From assembly GCF_009914755.1 (NCBI RefSeq), contig NC_060927.1: a stretch of 64,000 nt of DNA; one strand, given 5' to 3'. Each line of letters opens with the position of its first letter. The first letter of the stretch is position 1. A program made the translations under genes and the position numbers. The stretch is from the human T2T-CHM13v2.0 reference genome, Homo sapiens. Positions 15,336-30,522 of the stretch are shown piece by piece. The notes beneath the pieces were generated by a model. That model was not told where the DNA came from. It saw nothing but the letters and a program-made list of their open reading frames with translations, and made no database searches.

Positions 15336-17281
15336 TGAAAAGACCCCAATGGCAAGTGATCCGGAGCAAAAGAAGAATGAGAAAAGAGAGATACCCTCAA
15401 GTAATGCAAATGATGTGAATTTTTATATGTCAAACATTATTGTTCCAATGACTTTCATAAAGTAACTCCCCTCTAGGAAAAAATGTGGCTATACGATCTT
15501 CATAAAATCACACTGAGAAGTCACACATTTCTATAGAAATGACCACGCTGATACAGCAGTAACAATAGGAACACTGTGTTAAACACATAAATAAAAGGAT
15601 TTGGGTCTAGGACAAGAGTTTCAAGACCTGACAGAGAAGATGTAAACTGGTAGGCCCTGGGACAAATTTGTCCCCACAGACTTGTTTTACTTGGTCTGGT
15701 ATTTTTAAAGATTTAATATCAGTTTCCAACATTTAAAAATTGGAATATTTCACATAAAATCTCGTATTTCCTATTTTTTTCTGTAAAATCAGAAGTGACC
15801 ACCACAGGTCCTCATTACATTGTGGTAAGCACTGAGCAGAGCTTAACCTGGCAGGGACTCTCCTGGGTCCTCACCCTCCCAATTTCTTCATGCCTAGAAT
15901 GACGCCGTCATGTAACAAAAGGCCTCTTTGAAGCATTTGATTTTTCAACTGCTATACCCCTCAAAACAAAACTATTTGCTTCTAGTGGCTCTTCCCTTTG
16001 AATACTTTACAACAGAAAAATGATCAAATTTCCATAGTGACATAGGCAATACTTAGTGATACTACAGAGGTTTACTATAGTGCTGGCAGGAAAAAGAAAA
16101 GGAGAAAAGAGATCCACAATAAAATTATTAGGAAACACAGCCTGAGTAAGGCAGTAGGGATGCCTGTGGGAAAGACAGAGCTGCAACACAGGGCCTGAAA
16201 TGCCCCATGTGAAACAGGGAAACACGTGACCAATGTACCTACTTTAATTACCCAGGAGGAAAAGGAGGGAGAAAGGGGGACCCAAATTTGTCCAAATGAG
16301 ACAGCATTTGGGCATGAAAGAGACTAGAGTTAGAATAAGGAATTAAAGCATTTCATGAAGGAGAGTCGGGGGTAGGACACCCTGATGGGCATCCTCTGCT
16401 CAGCTGAAAGTGCACTGAAATGTACATGTGATAGGAACATTACCAAAAGGATGCCATGGTACAGCCCTTGAGGAGCACCATGTGAAGACGCAGAATGCAT
16501 TAGAGCTAACAGGAAGCTACTGGGGGCCAAGGAGTGACCACCTGGAAGCCCACTCTCTTCTGCCTCTACGCACGTGAGAGACAGTGAAGAGTGAAGCATA
16601 CGTTGATGCAGTGAAGCATTCTGTTCTGCACAGCACTTGTTCCAGGAGAAACTCCAGAGGCATCAGACTTAGACGTGATTCTGGAAGGAAGAAAAAGCTT
16701 TCTACTAGTAACTGAGCTAAGATAAGGATGTTGGGGGTCTAGTAAGGAGAGATCATCAGTGAAACTCTCAGGGAAGAGAGCCTGGTAAAGGAAGGGGAAT
16801 ATGTCTAGAAGCTCAGGCAAGACAAGGTGACAAAACATAGCTGAAACACCTGAAAGAGGGAGGAAAATGTGACACAGGTAGCTTTCTGAGGAGAGATATG
16901 GGGTTGGAGGAGGCTGTGACCAGGTATGAAGAGCTCACAGAAGGCTGGGGTTAGCCTAGTATAGGGGAAAACACATCTCTGAGCAGTAAGGCTCCCCCTG
17001 GGAGAGCTCCAAGAAGGCAGATAACTGATTGTACTTAATGCAGAGAGGCTGACTCTGCAAACCCTGGGTGCCTGTTACTTTTTGAGGTATACAGAGGCTC
17101 CTCCCATCTAGGCAGCAGGAACAAGAGAAAAGGCAGGTAAGCACACATGCAGTCCTTTTAAGAGCTGATACCAGAACTGACACACATCACTTCTGTTCGC
17201 TTCTCACTGGCTTGACTATGGACAGTCATATGGTCACGTCAAGGCAAAAGGGAGGCTGGGAAATGTAGTTTTTATTCTGGC

Positions 17282-18168
17282 TGTTGAAAGAATTAAAAAC
17301 ATACTAACTACTCTGGTATACTGTCTATTTAAGTTAAAGCCACTTGAAAAACAGCAGGTGCAAAAAGATCACTCTGACCTTCGTGCTGTTTTTCAAAAGC
17401 AGGAGATGAAATTCCCATGCAAAAGATAATACATTTTTATCATCAAGAATGAGAAAGTTGAGACTAAGGGAATTCTGTTCTAACAAGCCTTGTTAAATTA
17501 ACCCTTACCTTCCTAGCTACTTCCATACCCAATAATCTACCTTAGTCCAAGCTCCTTTGCCTTATCGCTTTTTCACAACTATAAGTTGACCCTTGAACAA
17601 CACAGGGTTAGGAGCATTAACCCTCTGTTCCTAACACAGTCCAAAATCTGCATATAACTTTTGACTTCCCCAAACTTAACTACTAATAGCCTACTGTTGA
17701 TTGGAGGCCTTACTGATAACATAAACAGTCAATTGACACATAGACTAGTACTACACGTATCTTAAACATTCATGACATACTTTTTTTCTTAATTTGGCGG
17801 GGGGGGGGGCACGTTTCTAAGCTACACAGTTTGTCTGCAAGTTTTTTCAAACTGTCACAAATCTGCAAAAAATTTTCCAAAAAATTTTTAAAAGTCCACG
17901 TAGAAGTGGACCTGTACAGTTCAAACCCGTGTTGTTCAAGGGTCAACTGTACTACTCTTTGTCCAGTTCAGTATATAAGTGACTGCTTTAACTACTTTTT
18001 CTGGTCTTCATTTCCTAATCTAGTCTTCATTTCCTTATGAGAACTCCCATGCCATGTAAAAACCTATTCTAAAGAAATGTGTATGCTTTTAATCTATCTC
18101 ATGTCAATTTAATTCTTGGGACCATTCAGGACCCTAAGAGGATGAGGTAGAGTTTTGCAGTCCCTACA
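17282..18168 (+). mobile_element. ERV1 solo LTR (MER34/MER39-like) interrupted by Tigger2
   Basis: TG start, ttaaagccacttgaaaaacagcaggtgcaaaaagatcactctgacc, end ...gttttgcagtccctaca. Confidence 0.6.
17584..17949. mobile_element. Tigger2-type non-autonomous TcMar DNA transposon
   Basis: Terminal inverted repeats (a)agttgacccttgaacaacac ... gtgttgttcaagggtcaactg with TA duplications at 17582-83 and 17950-51. Confidence 0.88.
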
Positions 18169-18204
18169 GTATTCACAGGAGAATGGATATTGGTGGAGAA
18201 CTTG

Positions 18205-19000
18205 AAGTCTCTGCCAAATGCACCTACTATGAGTCAGGCATTGTCCTGATGCTAAAGGAACAGGTGGACCACACAGGTGAAGCCCCTCCCTCCTGGAGCT
18301 CTCACTCTAGAGGGGCTGGCAGACAGTGCATGAATGGGCACATTATAAAATGTCAGGCCATTTTACACAGAGTTGTTAGAAAAGGGTTCTTTGAGAAGTG
18401 TTCTTTGGACAGACAGCCTATGCAAGTGAGGGAAGGAGTCATGTGAATGTTGGAGGAAAGAGTCTTACGAGGTTAGAACACCAAGTTCATAAGTCCTGTG
18501 GCATTACTTTGTAATGCATCAAAAAGTAAGATAGATTGATAGATAAATGGATAAATGATAAAATAAATGTAGAAAACTGTTAAACAATGCAGGTGGCAAT
18601 TATATATGTGCTTACTGTGCAATTCTTTCAGCGTTTCTGTTTGAAAACTTTCATAATAAAAATGTTGGGGGAAAAAAAAGCTCCATGACAGCAGTGTGCT
18701 CGGTGTTTCTGAGGACCAGCAGGGAGGCAGCATGACTCACTGAATGTACAAGGAGAGGCTAGAAAACGAGGTCAGAGAGGAGAGTAGGATAACATGGAGC
18801 CTGCAAAAAGGTCAATTAGATCACCATCCTATGGCTCACATCACCACTGACTCAGACACTCTCGTGGAGGTATTATTTAGGCAGTAGATTTACAAGAATG
18901 GAGTTCAGGGGACAGGTCATGGCTAAAGATACAAATTTGGAAATCCTCAAAGCATAGACACCATGGAAAGCAAGCAGCTGAATGACATCACTTGTGGTGA
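18205..19000. mobile_element. L2 fragments with an internal old L1 3' end (~18510-18670)
   Basis: aaatgcacctactatgagtcaggcattgtcctgatgc; L1M 3' end tgtttgaaaactttcataataaaaatgttgggg. Confidence 0.55.
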
Positions 19001-19881
19001 GAGGTGGTAACACCGCCCTGCAGTGGTGGCGGTGGAGCTTGGAAAGTTTCTCTTTAGGGAAACCTCACCATTTCTACCACCAGCACTCTGCAGAAACTCA
19101 GGACTGCTTTACTCTGGGGTACTATCTGATTTCTGCTCAGCTTCAACTTCACTGGAGCAAAGTGCTGGCATCACTGTGAAGGCCCGGGGGTACGTGCTGG
19201 GCTGCTTGTTCTCTGGCATGCAGTAAACTGAGGAAGGGCATAAGAAGGATGAAATGGCAGAGCTGTTCCTTATAGACTTCTGAAAATGCCTCTTTCCATC
19301 TCTTCCTGAGGCCAGGGGTGCTGCGGGGTTTCTGTGGGGAAGCCACTGCCCACCGCCACTGTGACCCCTCACAGGGTGTTTTGGCACTGGGCTTCCTCCG
19401 CCCTGTGCCAAAGGCTTCCATATGCCTCCTGTCTCCCAGAAGTAGGTTGAAATCTTAATCTGCCACTGACTTCCTTTTCCCCTTTCTCTTCATTAACGTA
19501 AGTTTATTCCTTTTTGAGTTCCTCTTTTTTTCTCTAAAGAGGACCTGTGAGAGACAGGAGATAAATGTAAGGAAAAAAAAAGAGTAACAAAAAGAGGCCT
19601 TCCTGTTAAAAATTTTCTTGGTTAGTCTCTCACATTTATTTTGTAGGATCGTTTTTAATACACTTAAAAGAAAAGGTTGGTGAGATTATAATTACTTTAA
19701 ATTTATATTTTAATTTTGGAGTAATTAATATTTTTAATGATAGTCTTCCCACCAGGTACCTGGCACATCTGTGATTTCATTTACATCATATTTTATGTTT
19801 TCAAATTTTTCCTATAGTTATCATGTACAAGTAATCATGACTTGTATTTTCTTGTTACCTTTATTTTTGGCCATTTTATAG

Positions 19882-20239
<358 letters not shown>

Positions 20240-20270
20240 TGGTTCTTTCAATTTAATGTCAGTATTATTA

Positions 20271-20651
<381 letters not shown>

Positions 20652-22089
20652 TTAGTAACAACAAATTTTTTGTTGTAATTTCTTTTTTCTAGGTATAACA
20701 ATCTTATTAACTGCAAATAATGATTTTAGACTGCAGATTTATTTCTCTCATCTTACAGCATTACCTGTATCATACTGCCTGCACCCTCCCCAACACTGTT
20801 GACTAGTAGTGGCATTCTTCTCTTGCAATTTTAATGAAAATGCATTTAGAGTTTCTTTATTTAAAATGTTTACTATTGACTTTAAGAAAATAACCTTCAA
20901 TATGTTTGGGAGACTCACTCTATCTTAAATAGAGTTCTAAAAAAGGAAGAATTGCTAGCTGAACTTTTTAGCATCAATAATTACAATCATGTTTTTGTTC
21001 GCCTTCAATTTCTTAAAATATTAGATGATGTTTTTCTAGTGCTTGAACTATTCCTGAATTCCAGAATCAAATATTATTTGGTTATATTAAGTAATGTACT
21101 GCTAGATTTAATTTTCTTTTTTGTGGGGAGGGGATTTTCTTGCCTATATTCCTAAATGAAAGTTTTCTTCAATTGTTCTGTGCTGTTTTAAAGTAGGTTA
21201 TGGTATGAGACTTATTATAGCTTCATGAAAATGAACCAGGAAGCTTTAACTCTCTCTACACTCCAAATCATTTAGATAGCACAGGAGTTGTCTACTTCTT
21301 GAAAATTTTGAATGCACACGTAAAACCATCTAAGCTTGACAACATTCTAATTAAAGATCTTGTAGATGCAAAATATCAGATCACAATGATCCACTTGTTT
21401 GTTGTTTGTTTTTTCATATTAGAAGATTTTTTTTTTCTTTTGATAAGAACTAATGGAATTCTGGTATTTACCCTTTAAACTGGCAGCCCTCCTAACTGCT
21501 TGTGAAAGAAATCTTAGCAGAATAATAAAGAGAAAAATGTTTCCTCTTTCCCTGCAGCTACAGAAAAGGAGATTATATTCTGTGTCATAAATAGTCCTTG
21601 AAAGTGTTATTTCTAATAAAGAAGTCTTGTAAGATACCTAGAAGGCAGAAAGGGTGATCATGTCCTGTGAAATCAACATTTGTCTTTTAAAACAAAAAAT
21701 TCTGATTGGTTGTCTTACTTAACAGTGTTTGCTTTGGTGATATTTATATTCACATCTTTGAATTGCTACAGGCTATAAATACTTGTAAGATTTCTTTGTT
21801 GGATCTTTTCTTTTCCACCTGCTTGTGGTGAAATTACACCTTGCAGATTCCTATTCCTATTTAAATAGAAGGTGAGATGCTTAAATCATTAGATGATCAC
21901 ATTTTAAGAATGTTTAAGTTTGATATTTTTATCTATTCTGATGTCAATTTTGATAATTTATACTTTTCTGTAAAATCATCTACTTCTCTATATTTCCACA
22001 TTTAATGCCTTAATGTTACACATATTCATATGCCTGTATTTCCTTTTTTTTCTTACTGCTATAGCCGCAGTCCAAATTGAAAGTTTGTG

Positions 22090-22790
22090 ATACGTCATTT
22101 TTACCTATCAAATGGACAAAAAATTTTAAAGACTCAGAAAATGTAGTGCTGGTAAAGATGTAGAAAAGCAAGTACATTTATACACTGTTTAATTAGAGTA
22201 TAAACTGTTAGAATCTTTTGAGAAGTTATATGGTAACTAGTACTTATAAAATAAAAACGTGTTTATATCTAACCATCTCACTTCTGGAGTTTATCTAATC
22301 AAAGGAAATTCAGAAGTACTACACAAACATGTGTTTTGTACTACATTTATAATGGAAAATAACTGGAAACAATCTGAATGGCCATCCATCAGAAGATGTT
22401 TGAATCAAATAAACCATTGTACATTCATACTATAAAATACCATGCTATTAAAAAGAATGAGATTGACATATAAGTACAGACTTGGAAAAGATGTCCATAA
22501 TATTGAAATAAATAAAAATAAAAGCAAGTTACAAAATATGTATACTATTTTGTGTATGGTCCTATTTTTACAAATGAAAGCAAAAACCAAAGAAAGAAAA
22601 TCACTGAGATAAGTGCTTTGACAGTAAGCAGGGAAAAGGATGCAAGGACACATGCCAAATGTAAACAGGGGTTACACTGGGGGTGGAGTCACGACAGAGG
22701 AAGACTTCCGTTTTACTTTAATCACTTCTATATTGCTTGAATTGTTACAATGTGCTTATGGTACGTTTTCTAATTCAAATGTGTGATATA
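22090..22790 (+). mobile_element. L1ME-type 3' fragment
   Basis: agtgctggtaaagatgtagaaaagc; aactggaaacaatctgaatggccatc; gctattaaaaagaatgag. Confidence 0.65.
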
Positions 22791-23034
22791 AATCTGTCTT
22801 TCCTACCTCTAAAATTTAAAAAAGGGAAAATTTGCTAGGCATCCTGTGTAATAACCCTCATTTAGTGGTCAAATCCAAGACTTGCTACAATCAATGGAAA
22901 AGATAGGACGGGCTCAGGCTGCCTTTAACAACTCTAATAATAGAGCATCGTGGTTTCCTATGACCATCAAATGAGGAATAAAGAAACTTGAAAATTTGGC
23001 TTTTTGGTTATAAGATTCAAAAGCGTCTTACAGA

Positions 23035-26000
23035 GGAGGGGCCAAGATGGCCGAATAGAAACAGTTGCAGTTGGAGGCTCCCACCAAGAAGAATGTAAAC
23101 AGCAAGTGAATCCTGCACCAAAAACTGAGGTATAGAGGTTCTCTCACTGGGACTGACTACGTGGTTGTCTTGACCCATGGGGAGTGAGGAAAAGCAGAGT
23201 GGTACAACAGCCCACCTGAGAGCCACACAGGGCAAGGGAGCTCCCACCCCCAGCCAGAGAGGCAGTGAGTGATCATGCTACCCTGCCCGGGAAACCATGC
23301 TTTTTCCATGGATCTATGCGACCCACAGATCAAGAGATCCCCCTCATGAGCCAACACCACCAGGGCCTTGGGCCCCAAGCACAGAGTTTATAGATTTTCA
23401 GTGGCCACTCGGCTGGAGACAACCTAAGATTACGGAGTTCTTGTGGGGAGGGGTGGTCATCATCACTGTGGCTGCCTGTTGCCTAAGACAACTGAGCTCC
23501 CAGGGGCAGGGGTGGCTACCATCACCGCAGCTCCAGTCTGCCATCTTTCCCCTGCCAGTGCTGGAGATACTAGATGGTTTGGATCCAGGAGGAATTCTTC
23601 ACAGGGCAGCACAGCAGCTGTGGCATATAGTGGCCAGATTGACCTATCCTTCCTCACTGGGCAGTGCCTCCCTGCAGCAATTTCAGCAACTCCAGGCAGG
23701 GGTTTGGGGACAAAACCCTGATCTCCCTGGGACTGAGCCCCTGGGGGGAGGGGCAGCCATGGTCTTTTAGGATGAGCAGACTTAGTCTTTCCTCCTGCTG
23801 GCTCTGAGGAATCCGGGCAGTCTGGACAAGTGGGATTCCCCCCAGTGCAGCACACCTCCTCCACCAGAAGGACCAAAAGTGCTTCCTTAAGTGGGTCCCA
23901 GATCCCATGCCTCCTGACTGTGTAGGAGCCCCCAACAGAGGTTGCCAGACACCTTATACAAGAGCATTCCAACTGGCATTAGGTTGGTGCACCTCTGGGA
24001 CAGAGATTCCAGAAAAAGGAGCAGGCAGCCATCTTTGCTTTTCTGGAGCCTCCACTGGTGACACCTCCAGGTGTGGGAGGGACCTAGGCAAATAGGGTCT
24101 GGAGTGGACACCCAGCAAACTGAAGCAGCCCTATGGAAGAGGGGCCTGACTATTAAAAGAAAAACAAACAAATAGAAAGCAATAACAACAACAGCATCAA
24201 CAGGAAACTCCCCACAAAAACCACATCCAAAGGCGAGCAGCCTCAAAGATCAAAGCTAGATAATCTCACAAAGATAAGAAATCATCAAAAAAAAAAAAAA
24301 AAAAAAAAAGGCTGAAAACTGAAAAAGCCAGAGTGTCTCTTCTCCTCCAAATGATCGCAATACCTCTCCAGCAAGGGTAGAGAACTGGGCAGAGGCTGAG
24401 ATGGTGGAATTGACAGAAGTAGGCTTCAAAGGTGAGTAATAATAAACTTCACTGAGCTAAAGGAGCATGTTGTAACCCAATGCAAAGAAGCTAAGAATCA
24501 TGATAAAACATTACAGGAGCTGTTAACCAGAAAAACCAGCTTACAGAGGAACATAAATGAACAGACGGAGCTGAAAAACCACAATACAAGAACTTCGCAA
24601 TGCAACCACAAGTATCAATAACCAAATAGACCAAGCAGAGGAAAGAATTTCAGAGCTTGAAGACTATATTGCTGAAATAAGACAGGCAGACAAGATTAGA
24701 GAAAAAATAATAAAAAGAAACAAAAAAAACCTCTGAGAACTATGGAATTACATAAAAAGACCAAACCTATAACTGACTGGGGTACCTGAAAAGATACGGG
24801 GAGAATGGAACCAAGTTGGGAAACATACTTCCAGATATCATCCAAGAGAACTTCCCCAACCTATCCAGACAGGCCAACGTTCAAATTCAGAAAATGCAGA
24901 GAATCCCAGTAAGATATTCCACCATTTCAACCCCAAGACATATAATCATCAGATTCTCCAAGGTCAAAATGAAGAAAAAAATGTTAAGGGCAGCCAGAAA
25001 GGCCAGGTCACCTACAAAGGGAAGCCCATCAGACTAATGGCATAACCTCTCAGCAGAAGAGACTGGGGGCCAATATTCAACATAATTCCCAAAGAAATGA
25101 ATTTCCAACCCAGAATTTCATATCTGGCCAGACTAAGCTCATAAGTTAAGGAGAAGTAAAATCCTTTTCAGACAAGCAAATGCTGAGGGAATTCATCACC
25201 ACCAGGCCTGCTTTGCAAGAGCTCCTGAAGGAAGCACTAAATAGGGAAAGGAAAAACCATTCCCAGCCACTGCAAAAACATACTGAAGTACAAAGACCAA
25301 TGACACTATGAAGCAACTACATTAACAAGTCTGCAAAATAACCAGCTAGCATCATGATGACAGGATCAAATTCACACATAACAATATCAACCTTAAATGT
25401 AAAACAGCATAAATGCCCCAATTAAAAGGCACAGAATGGCAAGCAGGATAAAGACTAAAGATCCATCAGTGTGCTGTATTCAAGAGACCCATCTCACATA
25501 CAAAGACACATGTAGGCTCAAATAAAGGGATGGAGGAAAATTTACCAAGAAAATGGTAAGCAGAAAAAATCAGGGGTTGCAATCCTAGTTTCTGACAAAA
25601 CAGACTTTAAACCAACAAAGATCAAAACAGACAAAGAAGGGCATTATGTAATGGTAAAGGTCAATTCAACAAGAAGAGCTAACTATCCTAAATATATATG
25701 CACCCGATACAGGAGAACCCAGATTCATAAAACAAGTTCTTAGAGACCTACAATGAGACTTAGACTCCCACACAATAATAGTAGGAGACTTTACCCCACT
25801 GTCAGTACTACACAGATAGAGACAGAAAATTAACAAGGATATTCAGGACTTGAATTCAGCTCTGAATCAAATGGATTTGACAGATATCTACAGAACTCTC
25901 CCGGACAAACAACAGAATATATAATCTTCTTGGTGCCAAATGGCACTTACTCTAAAGTTGATCACATAATCTGAAGCAAAACACTCCTCAGAAAATGCAA

Positions 26001-29000
26001 AAGAACTGAAATTACACCAGTCTCTCTGACCACAGTGCAATCAAATTAGAACTCAAGATTCAGAAACTCACTCAAAACCCACAACTACATAGAAATCGAA
26101 CAACCTGCTCCTGAATGACTCTTGGGTAAATAATACAGTTAAGACAGAAATCAATAAGTTCTTTCAAACCAACGAGAACAAAGAGATGATGCATCAGAAT
26201 CTCTGGGAGGCAGTTAAAGCAGTGTTAAGAAGAAAATTTACAGCACTAAATGCCCACGTCAAAAAACTAGAAAAATCTCAAATCAATACCCTAACATCAC
26301 AACTAAAAAAACTAGAGAATCTAAAGCAAACAAACCCCAAAACTCACGGAAGACAAGAAATAACCAAGATCAGAGTGGAACTGAAGGAGACAGAGACACA
26401 AAAAACCCTTCAAAGAAATCAATGAATCCAGGAGCTGGTTTTTTGAAAAAATTAATAGATATACCAATAGCTAGACAAATAAAGAAGAAAAGAGAGTTGA
26501 ATCAAATAGACACAATAAAAAATGATAAAGGGGATATCACCACTGACCCTAAAGAAACATAAACAATCACCAAACAATACTATAAACATCTCTATTCAAA
26601 TAAACTAGAGAATCTAGAAGAAATGGATAAATTCCTGGATGCATACACTCTCCCAAGACTGAACCAGGAAGAAATTGAATCCCTGAGTAGACCAATAACA
26701 AGTTCTGAAATTGAGGCAGTAATAAATAGCCTACCAAACAAAAAAAGCCCAGGACCAGATGAATTTACAGCTGAATTCTACCAGAGGTACAAAGAGAAGC
26801 TAGTACCATTTACCATTTCTTCTGAAACTATTCCAAACAATTGAAAAGAAGGGTCTTCTCCCTAACTCATTTTATGTGGCCAGCATCATCTTGATACCAA
26901 AACCTGGCAGAGATACAACAACAAAGAAAAGCTTCAGGCCACTGTCCCTGATGAACATCAATGCAAAAATCCTCAACAAAATACTGGCAAACCAAATCCA
27001 GCAGCACATCAAAAAGCTTATCCACTATGATCAAGTTGGCTTCATCCCTGGGATGCAAGGCTGGTTCCACATATGTAAGTCAATAAACATAATTCATCAC
27101 AGAAACAAAACTAAAGACAAAAACCACATGGTTATCTCAACAGATGCAGAAAAGTCCTTTGATAAAATTCAACATCCCTCCATGCTAAAAACTCTCAATA
27201 AATTAGATATTGCTGGAACATACCTCAAAATAATATGAGCCATTTATGACAAACCCACAGTCAACATCATACTAAATGGGCAAAAGCTGGAAGCATTCCC
27301 CTTAAAAACTGGCACAAGACAAGGATGCCCTCACTCACCACTCTTATTCAGCATAGTACTAGAAGTTCTGGCCAGGGCAATCAAGCAAGAGAAAGAAATA
27401 AAGGGTATTAAAATAGGAAGATAGGAAGTCAAACTGTCTCTGTTTACAGATGACATAATCCTATATCTAGAAAACTCCATCATCTCAGCCCAAAAGTTTA
27501 AGCTGATAAGCAACTTCAGCAAAGCTTCAGGACACAAAAGTCAATATGCAAAAATCACAAGCTTCCTATACACCAACAACAGGCAAGTAGACAACCAAAT
27601 CATAATGAACTCTCATTCACAATTGTTACAAAGAGAATACAATACCTAGGAAAACAGTTAACAAAGGAAGTGAAAGATCTCTTCAAGGAGAACTACAAAC
27701 CACTGCTCAAGGAAATCAGAGAGGACATAAACAGATGGAAAAACATTCCATGCTCATGGATATGAAGAATAAATATCGTGAAAATGGCTATACTGCGCAA
27801 AGTAATTTACAGATTCAGTGCTATTCCCATTAAACTACCATTGACATTCTTCAAAGAATTAGAAAAAACTACTTTAAAAAATCATATGAAACCAAAAAAA
27901 GAGCCTATATAGCTGAGATAATCCTAAGCAAAAGGAGTAAAGCTGGAGGCATCACGCTACCTGACTTCAAACTATACTACAAGGCTATAGTCACCAAAAC
28001 AGCATGGTAATGGCACAAAAACATATACATTGAGCAATGGAATAGAATAGAGATCTCAGAAATGAGACCACACATCTACAATCATCTGATCTTTGACAAA
28101 CCTGACAAAAACAAGCAATGGGGAAAGAATTCTCTATGTAATAAGTGGTGCTGGGAAAACTGGCTAGTCATATGGAAAAAAATTGAAACTGGACCCCTTC
28201 CTTACAATATATACAAAAATTAAGTGAAGATGGATTAAAGACTTACATGTAAAATGCAAAACGATACAAAACCTAGGCAATACCATTCAGGACACAGGCA
28301 TGGGCAAAGATTTTATGACAAAAACGTCAAAAGCTATTGCAACAAAGGAAAATTGACAAATGGGACCTAATTAAACTAAAGAGTTTCTGCACCACAAAAG
28401 AAACTATCATCAGAGTGAACAGACAACCTACAGAATGGGAGAAAATTTTTTCAATCTATCCGTCAGACAAAGGTCTAATATCCAGAATCTACAACGAACT
28501 TAAATTTACAAGAAAAAAAAAACCTCATTAAAAAGCAGGGAAAAAACATAAACAGACACTTCTCAAAAGACGACATATATGCAGCCAACAAAAATATGAA
28601 AAAAAGGTCAACATCACTGATCATTAGAGAAATGGAAACCAAAACTACAGTGACTTACCATCTCATGCCAGTTGAAATGGCAATTATTAAAAAGTCAAAA
28701 AACAACAGATGCTAGAGAGGCTGTGGAGAAAGAGGAACGCTTTACACTGTTGGTGGGAGTGTAAATTAGTTCAACCATTGTGGAAGATGGCGTGATGATT
28801 CCTTAAAAACCTAGAATCAGAAATAACATTTGACCCAGCAATCCTATTACTGCGTATATACTCAAAGGAATATAAATCATTCTGTTACAAAGATACATGC
28901 ACATGTGTATTCACTGCAGCACTATTCACAATAGCAAAGACATGGAATCAACACAAATGCCCATCAGTGAGACTGGATAAAGAAAACGTGGCACATATAC

Positions 29001-29380
29001 ATACTACGCAGCCATAAAAAGGAATGAGATCATGTCCTTTGCAGGAACATGGATGGAGCTGGAAGCCATTATCCTCGGCAAACTAATGCAGGAACGAAAA
29101 ACCAAATATCGCATGTTCTCACTTGTAAGTGGGATCTGAACAATGAGAACACATGGACAATGGGAGAGGAACAACACATACTGGGGCCTGTCGGTGGGGG
29201 TGCAGCATGGGGGGAGGGAGAGCACCAGGATAAATAGCTAATGCATGCTGGCTGGGCTTAATACCTAAGTGATGGGTTGATAGGTACAGCAAACCACCAT
29301 GGCACATGTTTACCCATGTTAACAAACCTGCTCATCCTGCACATGTATCCCAGATGTAAAATTAATTAAAATTCTTTTTA
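23035..29380 (+). mobile_element. Full-length, inactivated L1PA (about L1PA10-11), antisense to ULK4
   Basis: 5' end ggggccaagatggccgaatag; ORF1 remnant ~24275-25325 (DIIQENFPNLSRQANVQIQ); ORF2 from atgacaggatcaaat at 25357 with many stops and frameshifts; 3' UTR ggataaatagctaatgcatgc; degenerate TSD aaaagcgtcttacaga (23019-23034) / aaaagtttattacaga (29381-29396). Confidence 0.93.
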
Positions 29381-30254
29381 AAAAGTTTATTACAGAATTA
29401 TATGGCCTAGAAGTTAAAATTGCTGTTTACTGAATCCAGGATATTGAAAAATACATGAAATCCTCTTCATCCTAATTTCCTTTCTGAAGAGCTCATACTT
29501 AAATAATATAAGATTAAGGTAAAGAATATATACTAAATGAAAACAAATAGGAGATAACACATTTATTCTTTAAAAGGGTTATTTCCATTAAAAGAATATA
29601 ACTTTCTAATAAAACTGCAAGGGTAATAAAATAAAAACTACCACTTCCTAACAGTAGAAACTTAACAAACTAGGCAATTTTTACAACTGAAAGAAGAAAA
29701 TTGTCTACATAAAATAGCTTAGACATAGTTAAGCCTTTATTATCTAGGCATTTAGCATAAGTTCCATAAAATAAAGTTTCAGCTTTATAAACTAATGGTT
29801 CATTTATTCAGAGACTGATCCAAAATTAAATTAGAATGAGTTTGTCTATAGTTTTACACTATAGGACTTGGTTGCCCCAAAGTGCCTTTACTGTGAGCTC
29901 TGCTTCGTGTGCCTTCATGATCTGCAAGGCGCCACAGGAGACTCAATCACTGGAGCTGAAGTGGCAGTTTTTGCACCAGTAGAGCTGTTAGGGCAGCTAA
30001 TTTTACAGCTACAATGAAATTGTTGGAAATACCCCCGGGTACATTACTTCAGCACATTAATGAGGCTGTTCACAAAGAGAGTTTATTACAATAAGAGATA
30101 GATGTTTATTAGATCAGTAATATAATTATAGAACATGCTGCATGGGAAAGGCCTCTGGGAGCCATAGGCAGGATAATTTTGCAGGCATTAAACAAAACAA
30201 AAAAGCCAAACATCATTATCAAAACTGCCACATTTACTGTATCACAGTTATGGG

Positions 30255-30302
30255 TAAATATCCACACTATTAAATATCCACATTATTAAATATCCACATT
30301 AT
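30255..30302. repeat. Tandem repeat, 16-bp unit x3
   Basis: taaatatccacactat taaatatccacattat taaatatccacattat. Confidence 0.9.
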
Positions 30303-30522
30303 TTTCCTTTCAAAAATGATGCATAGGCATGCTTTCTGAGCTTACAAGCAATGAGGTTTGGGGGTGGGGGTGGCAAAAATGAAACAAATCAAACTCAGAG
30401 AATTTACTGTTCATCTTAAATAAGTCCCACTTCTAAAGACACCTAGGAATTGTATATTGTTGACTGTAGCCATAGTAGTCTTTCACTACACGTTATCGTA
30501 CTACTGAGTAATAAAGACAACA

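Noticed and set aside
23017-24246. Cluster of overlapping 60-170 aa ORFs
   Set aside because: GC-rich L1 5' UTR with few stop codons; no recognisable protein.
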